From NCBI GenBank assembly GCA_905178155.1, contig CAJINV010000003.1, forward strand, positions 6,167,985-6,231,984: a DNA stretch of 64,000 nucleotides, given 5' to 3'. Source of the DNA: Amoebophrya sp. A120. Its lineage: Eukaryota; Protista; Dinoflagellata. Shown here piece after piece: positions 24,606 through 35,516 of the stretch (positions within the stretch are counted from its first letter, which is position 1; each line of letters opens with the position of its first letter). The notes below the pieces were generated by a model. The model made no database searches. It was not told the DNA's origin and saw nothing but the letters and a program-made list of their open reading frames with translations. Both the position numbers and the translations under genes were made by a program.

Positions 24606-27104
24606 TTAGATGTACAGCTCCGCCTGGTTGCTGTGGTCCAGGATGGCATAATTGTTCTTCGCAGCACTCGACGACGCGCCCAGAATTTCGTTTCCCTTGC
24701 GCAGCAGGCCGCCCACGACCCCCAGCTCCTTGCTCGTTGTAACCACGGCACCGTTCATCTTCGACGAGGTCCCGCCGATCAACAGCAGGCGCAGAGCCTT
24801 GCCCAGGCCGCGACCGCAGTCCTCCCACTGCCCCTCCTGGTATGCGGCGAGGGCCGCCTTGCCGTCCTCCTCGATAGCGTATGCTGAGTAAAAACGTCCC
24901 CACCCCAGAGTTGTCATGCAAATCTGCATGCCAAAAAAGTTTCTCATGCGGAGCCCCATGAGAAGCATTTTCTAGTCGTGTTTTTGAGTTCGTGATGCTA
25001 GAATCAGCATGATATGCTAGATCTGTGATGCTGCTGAACTAGCGAAACAGGATTATACTAGGAGGGCAAACCTGTCATGCGAAACAGCGAAAGCTGGTTG
25101 ATTTGTCTAGCAGATTTCCCATCTTGACTCTGGTGTGGGGACGTTTTTACTCAGGATATAGCGGCCGCGTTGCTGATCAGGTCCATGCCCAGGTGTTCGA
25201 TCAGCTCCTTGACCGTCTTGAAGCTCTCCAGCTTCTCCTTGATCACTTTATGGGAGTGTCAGGATCGAAATCGTCAGAGTTGAAATGATTTGTGATGCAT
25301 AAAACGGATACCAATTGGTGCCTAGTTTTCAAGTGGCGCATGACAAATTTGGGTAGGGCCGAAATCTAGTTTGTAATGCTCTTTGGCTAAGGAAGACGCC
25401 TTTTCTCATGCTACTTTAGCAGCTCAATTTCTACCCCTCAACAGGCTTAGAATCTGCATCCCTTGCGTCCTCTGCAATAGAGGCAATTTTTGCCTTGCAT
25501 TTTATGCATCACAAACTATCTCAACTTTGACGATTTCAATCCTGACGCTTCCATACACTTCCAGGGCCGCCTTGGAATCGGCGCAGCTCTTGCTCTATGG
25601 ATTGCAAATGTGTCTGGGTCTGGAAACTTGTAACGCTGAATGGCCATCATGATTGACTGTGCCTTTAAGTGCAGTGCAGCATCACAAATTTTTCAAACGC
25701 TCTGTCATGCGCAGGACGCAGCACAAACTGCGTTTTTGCATGACGAAGGCGCGGCGCTTTATTTGCTGCTTATGCAATACAGGTTTTTTAGGAATGCGAA
25801 ACACGCAATACAGGTTCACCCTTTCCAGAGCCAGACATATTTGCAGTTGATATGCTCACCTCCGGCAACGTCCGCTCCACCAGAATGGACAGCAGCAGCA
25901 TCGTATCAAATGCAAATATGTCCGCGCGCCATGGTGTTTTTGCATGACACAGAATGTCTGTCATGGAACCCCTAGCATCACAGACTTCGAGAAGCTTCCG
26001 CATTGCTCAATCCGCATGATAAATCCCCCGCTTTGGTAACAGGAAATGGGCAACATCTTTTGCTGCCTATGCATGAGAGATTTATTGTCTGTGTTGTGAA
26101 ATGCGCATCACATGTTCGCATCCGTCCAGACATCCAGGGATATTTGCATTTCATACATCGCCTCCGCCATCCCCGCGCGCGTGTTCTTCTCCAGCGCGTT
26201 GGCGATCTTCTGCAGGTCCTGCACCAGTTTTTCGCTGGAACTGACGCAGGTCGCCGTCACCTCCGTGTCCGTCAACCCGGACACCACGCCCTGCATCAGG
26301 GAGACCGCGTCCTCGGGGTCCAGTTTCACGCCCAGAATGACGTCCTTCAGCGCGTGGCCCACGGAGACACCGAAGAAATGGTAGTCCTCCTGCTGCCACG
26401 ACGTCACGGCGGTCTTGATGTTCTCAAAGATGTCCACGCCATTCACAAGCAGCTCCTTGCCCACATGGTACGCGAAAGAGGTGGGGGACGCGAAACTGGC
26501 AATGCTTTCCAGCACAGCCTGCACCTGGTCGTAGGTTCCCTTGCATTCCTTCACCGCACTGGGCAAATCCTTCTCGAAGGCATCCGCCAGATACTTCAAA
26601 GCAGTTTTCATCCCGGCCTGAAGGAATTGCGTTTTTTTAATCAGGAATGTTCATTTTAATACGATCCTGTACCTAGGTACAACCACGAACCCTCGTTGTA
26701 TCCACATGGAAGATCACAGAAGTCATGCTACAACCAAGATAAGCGTGGTCAGTCCACAACCTGAGTCCGCTTATTTGTCTAATACTTTTTCAATATCTTA
26801 ATTGATATACCTCTGTATCTTTCTTGAACTCAAGTACAGCCGCTTTGATGTTTTGCTCGAAAGCAACATCGCTTTTCACGCAAGCCTCCACCAAGTCTAA
26901 CCCGAAGCCGTCCGCGACGCCCATGAAAATTTCCACAAAATCCTTCCGGTCAAGGCTCACAACCTCAGTTTTCGGCCCATCATCCTCGGTATTGCTTCCA
27001 CCTGTGACCTTGCTGCTGGCGGCAAATGCCACCGCGGCAAGCGATGCGAAGACCCGCAACGCTCGAACCACAGCTCGACAACCTACAAAATGACCACGCA
27101 GCAT
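24606..27104 (-). CDS. Putative secreted protein with two tandem helical repeats (HVGKELLVNGVDIF-type); contains four introner introns
   Basis: Hydrophobic N-terminus (VFASLAAVAFAA). After removing the four elements the frame reads ...AEAM/LLLSILVERTLPEVS/KSCADSKAALEV/IKEKLESFKTVKELIEHLGMDLISNAAA/IEEDGK, which parallels the first repeat. Confidence 0.75.
24880..25158. mobile_element. Introner/MITE family B (279 bp), TSD TAGCG
   Basis: TIR TAT(G/C)CTGAGTAAAAACGTCCCCAC. TSD at 24875-24879 and 25159-25163. Removal restores the frame. Confidence 0.93.
25249..25555. mobile_element. Introner/MITE family C (307 bp), TSD CACTT
   Basis: About 56-nt imperfect TIR TATGGGAGTGTCAGGATCGAAATCGTCAGAGTTGA. 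TSD at 25244-25248 and 25556-25560. Removal restores the frame. Confidence 0.92.
25596..25852. mobile_element. Introner/MITE family A (257 bp), TSD TGCTC
   Basis: TIR ...TGCAAAT(G/A)TGTCTGG(G/C)TCTGGAAA. TSD at 25591-25595 and 25853-25857. Confidence 0.92.
25904..26155. mobile_element. Introner/MITE family A, diverged (252 bp), TSD CATCG
   Basis: TIR TAT(C/G)AAATGCAAATAT. TSD at 25899-25903 and 26156-26160. Interior is similar to 51643-51904. Confidence 0.9.
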
Positions 27105-28066
27105 CTTTATTTTTTGATATAATTGCAGCTTCGAGATACTTACTACTGTCTGTAGCGCGAACCGCAAGCGGTGTTTTGTCTCACAGGTGCGATCCTGGAG
27201 ATGGTTCTGCTTCTGCGGCTGGTGGTACACGATGAATAAAAAGAAAAAGAAAAACGAGAAGCGACAAACAAACTTCCAGATCCGAAGTTTGACGAGGAAA
27301 ATTTTTTGTTGCTTTCACCAAGCACAACCTAGCAAAATTTCGCATACTGATGTGACACTTTGAACCTGGACAGTTCTGGGTGAAGAGCAGAAACCAACGA
27401 GAGTTCTGAACTGGCATCACAATTTGCCGTGGAGTACCGATAAGGGATACCGAACTTTATAAATCCGAAGGAAAAGAGCAGACGAATCGAATGACTGTAC
27501 CTACGAAATGAAATCAGTCTCAGTGCATGAAAGAAGAACAAAAGATAGATGTGGATCGATGTGCGTTTCCCCTTCGTTTGGAAAATATGCGCTACGACCT
27601 CACAGCATTTTTCTTCAGTCTGTACTTTGTGTTGGTGTTTTAGTTTTTGTTTTTTTTTTGCCGCTGGCAGAAAATGAAACTCAAGTCTTACCCCGTATAA
27701 TTTATAATTCATGATCATGACTGTAGTTTATTTCACTTATTCGGCACAGCTTAGGGTGAACGTGGAGATTCTTCACATTGTGTCGCTGTCGAGGGTTTCG
27801 CGAGTTTCGTTCTGAAGCCGCTTGCAAATTTTATCGGTACTTCGAGACGTACTTTTCACAAACCGCTAGGCTCACTCAGTGCAGTCGTAGGCTGTTGAAA
27901 CTTGGCTGGATCACGGTAGGCACATAGTGCTTTCTCGTTCTTTCTGCGAAGAACATCGTAAGGAGTATGAGTGTAATCTGACATGAACAGGTGCGCCGTC
28001 TATCTCCATCGGCAGGGTCGTTGGGAAAAAAGGGGGTAAGGACATCGACATCCGGACCGCCGATCA

Positions 28067-30680
28067 TTAGAACTGTGCTCGACTATCCTCGGTAAAAAAG
28101 TACCCAACCCGTAGCCAAAATGGGAATTTTGCGATACCAATCAAGGTGCTGCCAGAACTCCGCGTGACAAGCTACTTAATCGTGAGTGGCCCCTGTAGCT
28201 GAAAAATCACTCTTTTTATCGTGATACATTAGGGCATGACCTACTCCCAGTCACTAGTAGAAAGTCCAACTATACCTCTTCCTTTGTCAGGGAGCCGCAT
28301 GTAAAACATTCGCATGCTAATTTGCGTGACAAATCCGGGATGGGTAGGTTTTCACACGTGATATCGATGGGATGACCCGAAAGCATAAGCGGGTGGCGCT
28401 TTCGCTGTTGCCTTAGCCATTGCCCCTGGAGGCCGGCCCGGGACAGCGCTGGTAGCACCGTAAGGGGCCCCAGCTACGGCCTTGGCGAACGGATGCTGCA
28501 GAAGCCCCCCGCCGAATCCACCCAACGAGGGGCCACCCTGCCCCTCCATCCGCTTTTTCGCTGCGGCCTTGTCGATCTCCTTTCTGACCAGTGCCAGGGC
28601 ACGGTCTCGGTCGGCTTTCAGCCCGACAATACGGATGCCCTTGGTGCCGTCTGCGTTCAACTTGTTTTCCAGGTGTATCTCACACTGTGACTCCGCCTTC
28701 AGCCGCTCAATTGTCCGCCCCGCCGTGCCGACGAAGAGCGCAACCAAACTTGGATGGATTGACATCGAGTGGTCTGCTCCAAAATCAGAAACGATCGGGG
28801 TGGCCGCAGTCCGGACTTCCCCGTCCTCCCCGATTTCTATTCTTTTAGGCTTCGGCTGCGCACCCTGCGCCCAATTGTTCATGTAGAACCTGTGTTTTTT
28901 GGAAAACCACAAATTCTATTTTTCGGTTTCCTTGCAGAAGCAGGAAAAGGAAACAACTTCACGCCAAAGAAGTCCTTCGTTGACAAGTTCGCGTGAAAGC
29001 ATATGGGTATATTCATACTGTCAACACATCAAGCGGAAGTACTAGCTAAAAGTTTTTTATAGATACTACAGAGAAATGTTTCGTCCACCTACGAACTAAA
29101 CTTCTCCAAAATTCTTAAATCACAGAGCAAAAATACGCCTGGTCTGGGTTGAGCGGATTTTTCTCTTCCCGCTGTCCTTTCGCTAGATTAGCTGCGACCC
29201 TTGTACTCGACTGGTACAGCACGCCGGGGTTGACGCCTGGCACTTCCTGCCCAGGAGCCTGTTCAATGTCCTCCGGGCGAATCGGTTGGCAGAAGATGTC
29301 GCCCTCGGGACCGAAGGCGCCCATCATGTCCTTGTACAACTTGTCCGCCTGCTGCTGCTTGTTGGCATTCTCCTTCCAGTGCACGTTGGCCTCGACGTGT
29401 CCGGCCCGGGCCTTGGGGCAATCCGACGTCGGGTGGCCGCGGTCGCCACAAATTTCGCACACCACGGTGGCCATCTTCCAGCCCTGCCCGCCCTCGTTCT
29501 CCGGACACTCGAAGCCCATGTGGCCGATCGCGCCGCAGATCCCGCACCGCTTCTCGTTGATCGCGACGGTGAAACCATTGTAGCGGGACAGGTCCACCAG
29601 CCCGCGCTCCTGCGCGGCCGCGTACTCCTCCGTCTCGGGGTCCAGCAGGGGCAGCGTGAGTTTTTCGGCAATCACGATCTGCTCCTCGTGGTCCGCCTCG
29701 ATGTGGACGTGCAGCGGCATCTGGAAGTCCTCCTCGGTCTGAAACCGTTCGTCCGTGCCCTTGCCCCGGAGCATGATCTTCGCGCCACTCAGGTCGCACA
29801 TCCGTTTGTGGTTTTCCCCCCGCACGCCGATGATCACGCTCATGAAGGGCGCGTCGGGGTACTTGTCCGTGGGGCAGAACAGCTTTTTCGCCAGCTTCTG
29901 GGGGCGGAAGTCGTGGGGCGGCACGTAGCCGGAGACCACCTTCTGCATGTACCGCACCAGCCGGTTCTGCTCGTTCTTCATGTTCTTCTTGATGCGGACG
30001 TCCCGGGTGTTGATGCGGTTCCCCTGCCGGTCGTACACCGGGGGCGGCGACGGGGCGCGGATGTCGCGGTCCACATCCTCCAAAATCCCGCGCCGGATCT
30101 TCTCCGTGATCTCCTCCAGCCGCTGCTCCCGCAAAAACTGGTCCACCTCCTTCGACGTCAACCCACAGGGAATGTCCACATACGGGAGCGGCTTATACGG
30201 CTTGTCCTCCGGGGGGCCCCACCTGAAAATGAACCGGCGAATTGTCAATTGATCCATCCATGAAAAAAAAAAACGGGGAGACAGTTGTACACAGTCAGGA
30301 AGATCAGAGAATTATGGGATTGGAAAGGCTGAAGGATGTAGCTAAACCAAACAAGAGCTCCTCGTCAGAAGCAGGAAGAAGGAAATCGAACATGTAGTCC
30401 GTGGAGCAAGCAAACAAAACGGCGAAGCCCGGGGACTGAGTAGACTAAGAGGACTAACGCACAAGATTAAGATAACATCAAACATATAGCAATTTCTATA
30501 AGTTTGCTGATACTTGTGTTTCTTCTTCTCGACGGGTTCGAATCGTGAGACTTTGCCGTGCACCTCGATTTGCTGCTGCCGCTCCTCCTTTTCCCTCAAC
30601 GCCAACGTCATCATCTTATCGGCATCGCCGAAATTCCCCATCGAATCCAACAGCTCGATTGCCTCCATTTTTGCGAGCAC
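28067..30680 (-). CDS. SF1: Splicing factor 1 / branchpoint-binding protein (ULM, RxPSPPPxYD, KH-QUA2, two zinc knuckles, extra C-terminal KH domain); 5' exons extend further upstream
   Basis: KKKHKW/GPP, RAPSPPPVYDRQGNRINTR, IIGVRG...GAKIMLRGKG, CGICGAIGHMGFEC and CEICGDRGHPTSDC. GT-AG introns at 30223-30513 and about 28890-29136. Second KH: LFVGTAGRTIERLKAES. Confidence 0.92.
28084..28363. mobile_element. Degenerate introner/MITE family B (280 bp), TSD TCGAC/TCGAT, in the last codons of SF1
   Basis: Starts TATCCTCGGTAAAAAAGTACCCAACCC and ends GGGATGGGTAGGTTTTCACACGTGATA. Length and interior motif (GGGAGCCGCATG) match family B. Confidence 0.82.
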
Positions 30681-31815
30681 TGTAAAGTACCGGTTACGTC
30701 AGAAAAAGTAAATGTGTACGATCTGTTGAAATAAACTGCTGCAAACAACACAGCGAGTGTGTCTGCGTCCCGGTCGCACCGAGAACCTCTTCTGACAGGG
30801 GCCTCCTAACAAACAAAAAATCTAGTAAAGTTCAAATTGCTGTGGTCCAAAGCAGGGCTACAGAAAGTTGCTGTCAATGACAAAGTCAAAGATCCTTGAA
30901 AAAATTGCCGCCGGTCCTGAACCAAATTCCGAAAATGAATCAAATTTTCGCTTTTTTTGTCTTTCAAAAGGGACCTGTTGCACGGTGACGTTGATCTTGC
31001 ATGATAGCGATTGCGTTGCAAGCTTGTGTAATTCCGGGAAATGATGTCTGCTCAGTTTAAATATTGCACGATGGATTGCCAGAGGCTCTGTCTCCCTTTA
31101 CTTTTTTCTGAACAATTTGCTTGCGAAGTAAATGCAAAATGAGTTATCGATTTCTTGTGGTGGCTAATATTTGTAGCAGCTAATTGCTGTATTTCTGATG
31201 TACGCTTTAGCGTGGAATTTCCTATATTAAAGACATAGTTTCCGATAAGCGGATATCCTGAAGACGGGTCTTCATCGTAAGTGATCGTGACGAAGCGCAC
31301 AAGACGACAGGTGCTGCAGATGATCAAGATCACTCCTTTTACCTCGGGCAAAAACAATTTAAGTATATATTCGCTTTGTTCATCGCGTCCTCGCTTATTC
31401 AAGTGACGAGCTCCTGCTGAGCAGGTGCAGAACACAGCGCATACGAAACTTTATTTCATTCTCCGCTCTCTCCTGAGGAGGTCGCACACTTTTGATAATT
31501 GTGTTAAAATTGTTTTATAGCTCGAGTCGTACATTTTGTTCTGAATCATTGTCACGTTCTCTTTCACCTGAACATCAGGCTGGGTGTCGGCATTGCTAAT
31601 TCTTGCACAACTCCTGCTTTGCAGACACTTCAGTTCTTCATCAAGAAGCGAACTGAAATGAATCAGAAACGCTAAAAAAAACGCCCCCCAAAAGAAACAG
31701 ACAGGGGGGATCTTCATATCATACATTTACATTCACAAATACTATATTCATCAATTATTGCTCGTCTGTATTCTTAAATTCTTTATCGTTGCCTTTGGGA
31801 AAAAGAAAAGGCTCA

Positions 31816-34272
31816 TCATGACGAAATTTCGCGGTCCGCAGCAACGCCGGGAGCAACCGAAGGATTATCACCATCCGGCGTACTTCGTAGGAAGGGATGA
31901 GCCTCAGTGGAGAGCACGAACGTCGAAAGATCCAACGTCGACCGGGGGGCCTGCAACAAATACCCGTACTTAAGTGTCTCCGCGACGAAAAAGCTTTCCA
32001 TGGAATCGGTCTTCGCTCCCGTGACCGTGTCGACGGAGGAGAATCCGAAGCGACTTTTTCCTGCCCGCGTCATCTGTTTCAGTATTTGCATGCCATTTTT
32101 TTGCGCTTCCAACTCCACGCTCTGTGCCTCCCCCCCGAAAGCGGCCGCAAAGTACCGCAAGTAGTACAGCGACTCTAGGGTTTCCGGCCGCAACAAATTT
32201 TTCCGACCGCCGGAATTTCGGCGGACGTCGTCGAAATGCAGTTGGTTCTGTGTGGCATCAAAATCGACGTACTCCGGTGCCAAAAACAACGGGGCGTTTT
32301 CCGTGTACATCCGCACGCACACACGAAGAAGCTTCCGCGCCAGCTCTCGCCACGTACGAATCTCGTCTGGCGCCACAGCCGTTTTTGCTGCTTCGGACGT
32401 AGACGCCTCGTGTGCGGCCAGCAGTAGAGTTCCCGGAAAGAAACAGGACAAATGGTCCATGCGCGCCTGAAAATTGCCGTCCTCATAACTTCCCAGAAAC
32501 GCAGCAGTCCCGTCGGCGCTTTCGCGGATGAGGAGGTGCCGCGCGTCACGGACTGACTGCGCGAAGCTCGATAACAAGTTCGTTTCGCGCTTGCCACCTA
32601 AAAGCCACAGCTTTAGCAGGTACTCGTAGAAGGAGTCAGACCTTGCCGAAAGAGACACGCGCCCGGAAAACGACAGAGTCAAAGAGTTGTCCTCACGATG
32701 ATACTTTTCCACGATCTTGCTGCCCAGCAGCCCCGTAGTACTGCCGTACTGCGACGCGCGACCATCCATAACTGCGGGAAGTTGATTTTCCGTGCGTCCG
32801 CGGTAGGCGTTGCGCAGAATTCCCGCCAGCACCTGGTCTGGCTTTGCACACAGTTCGGGGGCCGCTTGCTGGTTGGCCAGCGCGCGAAACTCTAACTGGA
32901 TGCTGCCCACCTCGGCCAGAAAATGCGTGTTCCCCCAATTCTCAGTGGCATGTGTGTCCAGCTGCAAGGCGGGGTGAGGGAAGGGGATCCGGTTTTCACC
33001 GACATTCGGAAAAGCGTAGTCGAGCAAATCGACGCCAACCTCCCTCGCCAACGAGGCAAGATGCGTCACTGCAGTCGGCGTAGGAGTCTTTAATATGCCT
33101 TTTCCAGAGCGAGCTGTGGTCTCAAGTGCCGGCACTACAGACTGAATGGCTATGTTTGCCAACATCCCCTCTTCATCAGCAGCACTAGAAGTGGGAGATA
33201 TTCCGTCTGCCCAACCGCGCGGATCGATCCGAAGCAAATCTGCTGTTCCGAGCAAGCCCCCTAGTGCACGAATTACGATCTCAAACGTGCACATGGGAGG
33301 ACGATCTGCCGCGTTTTCGCCCAAAATGAACGTGGTATTCCTTTGATGAAAAGCAGCTGATGTCCGGTCACTGCGGATGTTAGGCAGCGAAAGTTTTCTT
33401 GAACCAGCAACCGTCGTCGCGTTCGTCAACAGGAACAGGCCTTCGGTGAATTCGGGCTGCAAGCCCATCAAGTACAACGTGTCCAGCGCCTCGATCACCT
33501 GCACCGCGTACCCGATCCAGTCCGAAGCTTCGCCCGAAACCGGCTTGACGTCATCGTGGCCCCACGCGGCCGTCCTGTACCCACTCCAGACGTGTCGCAT
33601 CATTCCGAGGACGAAGTCGACATTCTCTTGCTGAACAATACCGTCGTTAAGTGTCGGCGGGTTCGACACGAGGACCGGGGAACTGGCAGCCTCCGTGCTG
33701 TCCACCTTGTCACGACCAGCGTCAACTTCGAGCGACCTGGCAGGAGCTTTTGTGCCACCATCTTCGAGGAGCGCACGACGGTGGACCAGATAATTGCGGT
33801 CCTCTCGAGCAGCAGGGGGAATAGTACCGCGCAGGTTGCGGAAAACAGTGATGGAACTGGGTTGCAAGCTGCGGGCGACACAACTGTACCTCAAACCGGC
33901 AAACACGACGAGGACGACTGACACCGCAAACACAACACCCGGCCAGCTGGATTTGCCAGGAGAGACGGCAGCGCGTGCACCGCCCATTTCCGAAGTGGAA
34001 CAAAGACCTTCGTCGTAAGCAGCCGACCCAGCAGCCAGTTCGTTCTTCTGCTCTCGCCGTCTTGATGGGGATGCGACCCCGTCTAACTCTCTAGGGGCAG
34101 AGACACGTGGAACATGCCCCTCGTCCTGATGCTTGTCCTCTCGCGGGCGCGGCGCGTTGCTTGTGGCATCAACATCTTGGGATTGGGGAAGCAACGGAAG
34201 ATGCTCTTCACAGCGCGTCTGATCAGCTTCTTCCGCCTCTACCACGCTTTTTGTTTTCAAACTTTCCATCAT
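31816..34272 (-). CDS. Glycoside hydrolase family 47 alpha-1,2-mannosidase (type II membrane protein)
   Basis: N-terminal TM, WSGYRTAAWGHD, FEIVIRALGGLL, LAEVGSIQLEF, DSFYEYLLK, MDHLSCF, LLRPETLES, MESFFVAETLKY, TEAHP. Intronless 818-aa ORF. Confidence 0.95.
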   Translation of the reverse strand: MMESLKTKSVVEAEEADQTRCEEHLPLLPQSQDVDATSNAPRPREDKHQDEGHVPRVSAPRELDGVASPSRRREQKNELAAGSAAYDEGLCSTSEMGGARAAVSPGKSSWPGVVFAVSVVLVVFAGLRYSCVARSLQPSSITVFRNLRGTIPPAAREDRNYLVHRRALLEDGGTKAPARSLEVDAGRDKVDSTEAASSPVLVSNPPTLNDGIVQQENVDFVLGMMRHVWSGYRTAAWGHDDVKPVSGEASDWIGYAVQVIEALDTLYLMGLQPEFTEGLFLLTNATTVAGSRKLSLPNIRSDRTSAAFHQRNTTFILGENAADRPPMCTFEIVIRALGGLLGTADLLRIDPRGWADGISPTSSAADEEGMLANIAIQSVVPALETTARSGKGILKTPTPTAVTHLASLAREVGVDLLDYAFPNVGENRIPFPHPALQLDTHATENWGNTHFLAEVGSIQLEFRALANQQAAPELCAKPDQVLAGILRNAYRGRTENQLPAVMDGRASQYGSTTGLLGSKIVEKYHREDNSLTLSFSGRVSLSARSDSFYEYLLKLWLLGGKRETNLLSSFAQSVRDARHLLIRESADGTAAFLGSYEDGNFQARMDHLSCFFPGTLLLAAHEASTSEAAKTAVAPDEIRTWRELARKLLRVCVRMYTENAPLFLAPEYVDFDATQNQLHFDDVRRNSGGRKNLLRPETLESLYYLRYFAAAFGGEAQSVELEAQKNGMQILKQMTRAGKSRFGFSSVDTVTGAKTDSMESFFVAETLKYGYLLQAPRSTLDLSTFVLSTEAHPFLRSTPDGDNPSVAPGVAADREISS

Positions 34273-34431
34273 GACGAGCTTTCCATCATGGCGAGTTCTT
34301 CTTTTTGGTCATTTTTTGTGTAAGTCTCGAACACATCAAAACAGGAGCGGAATCCAGTAGGGATGATTTTCGTCCGTTGAGTATCCGCGCGGGGTTACTC
34401 ATTTACACTGTGAGGATGGAAATACTCACGA

Positions 34432-34515
34432 TAGGCATAAGCATAGGCGTAGGCTGGCTAGGCTTAGGCTGTACGATCCTACTAGGCTAGGCATGCTGTA
34501 CGAGGCTACTGGCTA
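34432..34515 (+). repeat. Degenerate (TAGGC)n short tandem repeat upstream of the GH47 gene
   Basis: ataggcataagcataggcgtaggctggctaggcttaggct...ctaggctaggc. Confidence 0.6.
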
Positions 34516-35516
34516 CGGTCCGAACGTCTTGAGCGTTTTACACGTTACCGAAGGGGTGCAGTATCTTGTACGAAAATCATCAGGCTGACCGACCTGAGTC
34601 ACTGCATATCTCGTGCCGACATTTATTTGGAAATCATGTGTAAAGGCAAATCAATTATCAGTACTCTACCTCTTGTCGTCCAGCCACTGCGTCTCACTAA
34701 AAATTTTCTGAAAGACTAGCTGCGGCTTGAATAGCAACAGATATCAGCCTCTGAGAAAAGAAAAATCGTCGCTCTTTCGCTCCAAAACGATGGCGACAAC
34801 TCTCTGACATTCCTCGTCGTCACCGCAGGGCTCTCTCAAAAATATTTGCCTCCGATATCGTCGATATTGATGAAGACAGGTGGCATCTTTTTACGCTCGA
34901 ACTGCTCGCCGAAGCGGCCCGTGACATAGCACAGATACGCGTGGTGTGTGGCGAGTGGTATAGCATCTTATCCTTGTGTCTACCTAGAAATGCTACCACC
35001 GAAAAGAGGATGACCACGAACCGCAAGTGCAACGTTTATTTCGGTCACGAGGAAGTCGAACAAATAGCAACAATGACTCTGATGAGATGCTGCTCTCGAG
35101 CAGCCTGCGGCGAAACCAGGTAGTAGGTATCTGTTACACTTCTTTTCGCCCGAAGCACGCTACAAGTTAGAATCCATCGAAAACCTACCGCTTCACACGG
35201 GCGCGCTGAGTGCACCAGAACTACTTGTTCTTGCTGATGATGTACAACTATGGTCAAAGTAGTCTGCTGTTCTACTTGTATCTCGTCTTACGTCTCCGTC
35301 AGTCCCAAGAACAGTATCACAACCATGTTTCTCAATTGCACTGCTTTCTTCCATCGTTGTGCGACCGCTAGCACTCCTTCTAGTGATCGTGTCGTGAAAT
35401 CGCCCGGTCACGAAACGAGCCGACGACGCGCTCTGCGTGCTAGCTGCCATGGAGGAACCGCGGATCGACCCGATCAGCAGGCCCGTCGTCCGCGCGACGG
35501 ATTCCCTTAGAGACCG

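Noticed and set aside
28109-28124. Possible relict dinoflagellate spliced leader (CCGTAGCC / CCATTTTGGCT)
   Set aside because: Only a partial match, and it lies within the degenerate family-B element, aligning with GAGTCAAGATGGG in other copies.
29286-30263. Long plus-strand ORFs (also 10543..11346, 13197..14060, 38264..39409, 57347..58282)
   Set aside because: Antisense shadows of GC-rich minus-strand genes, with no recognisable motifs.
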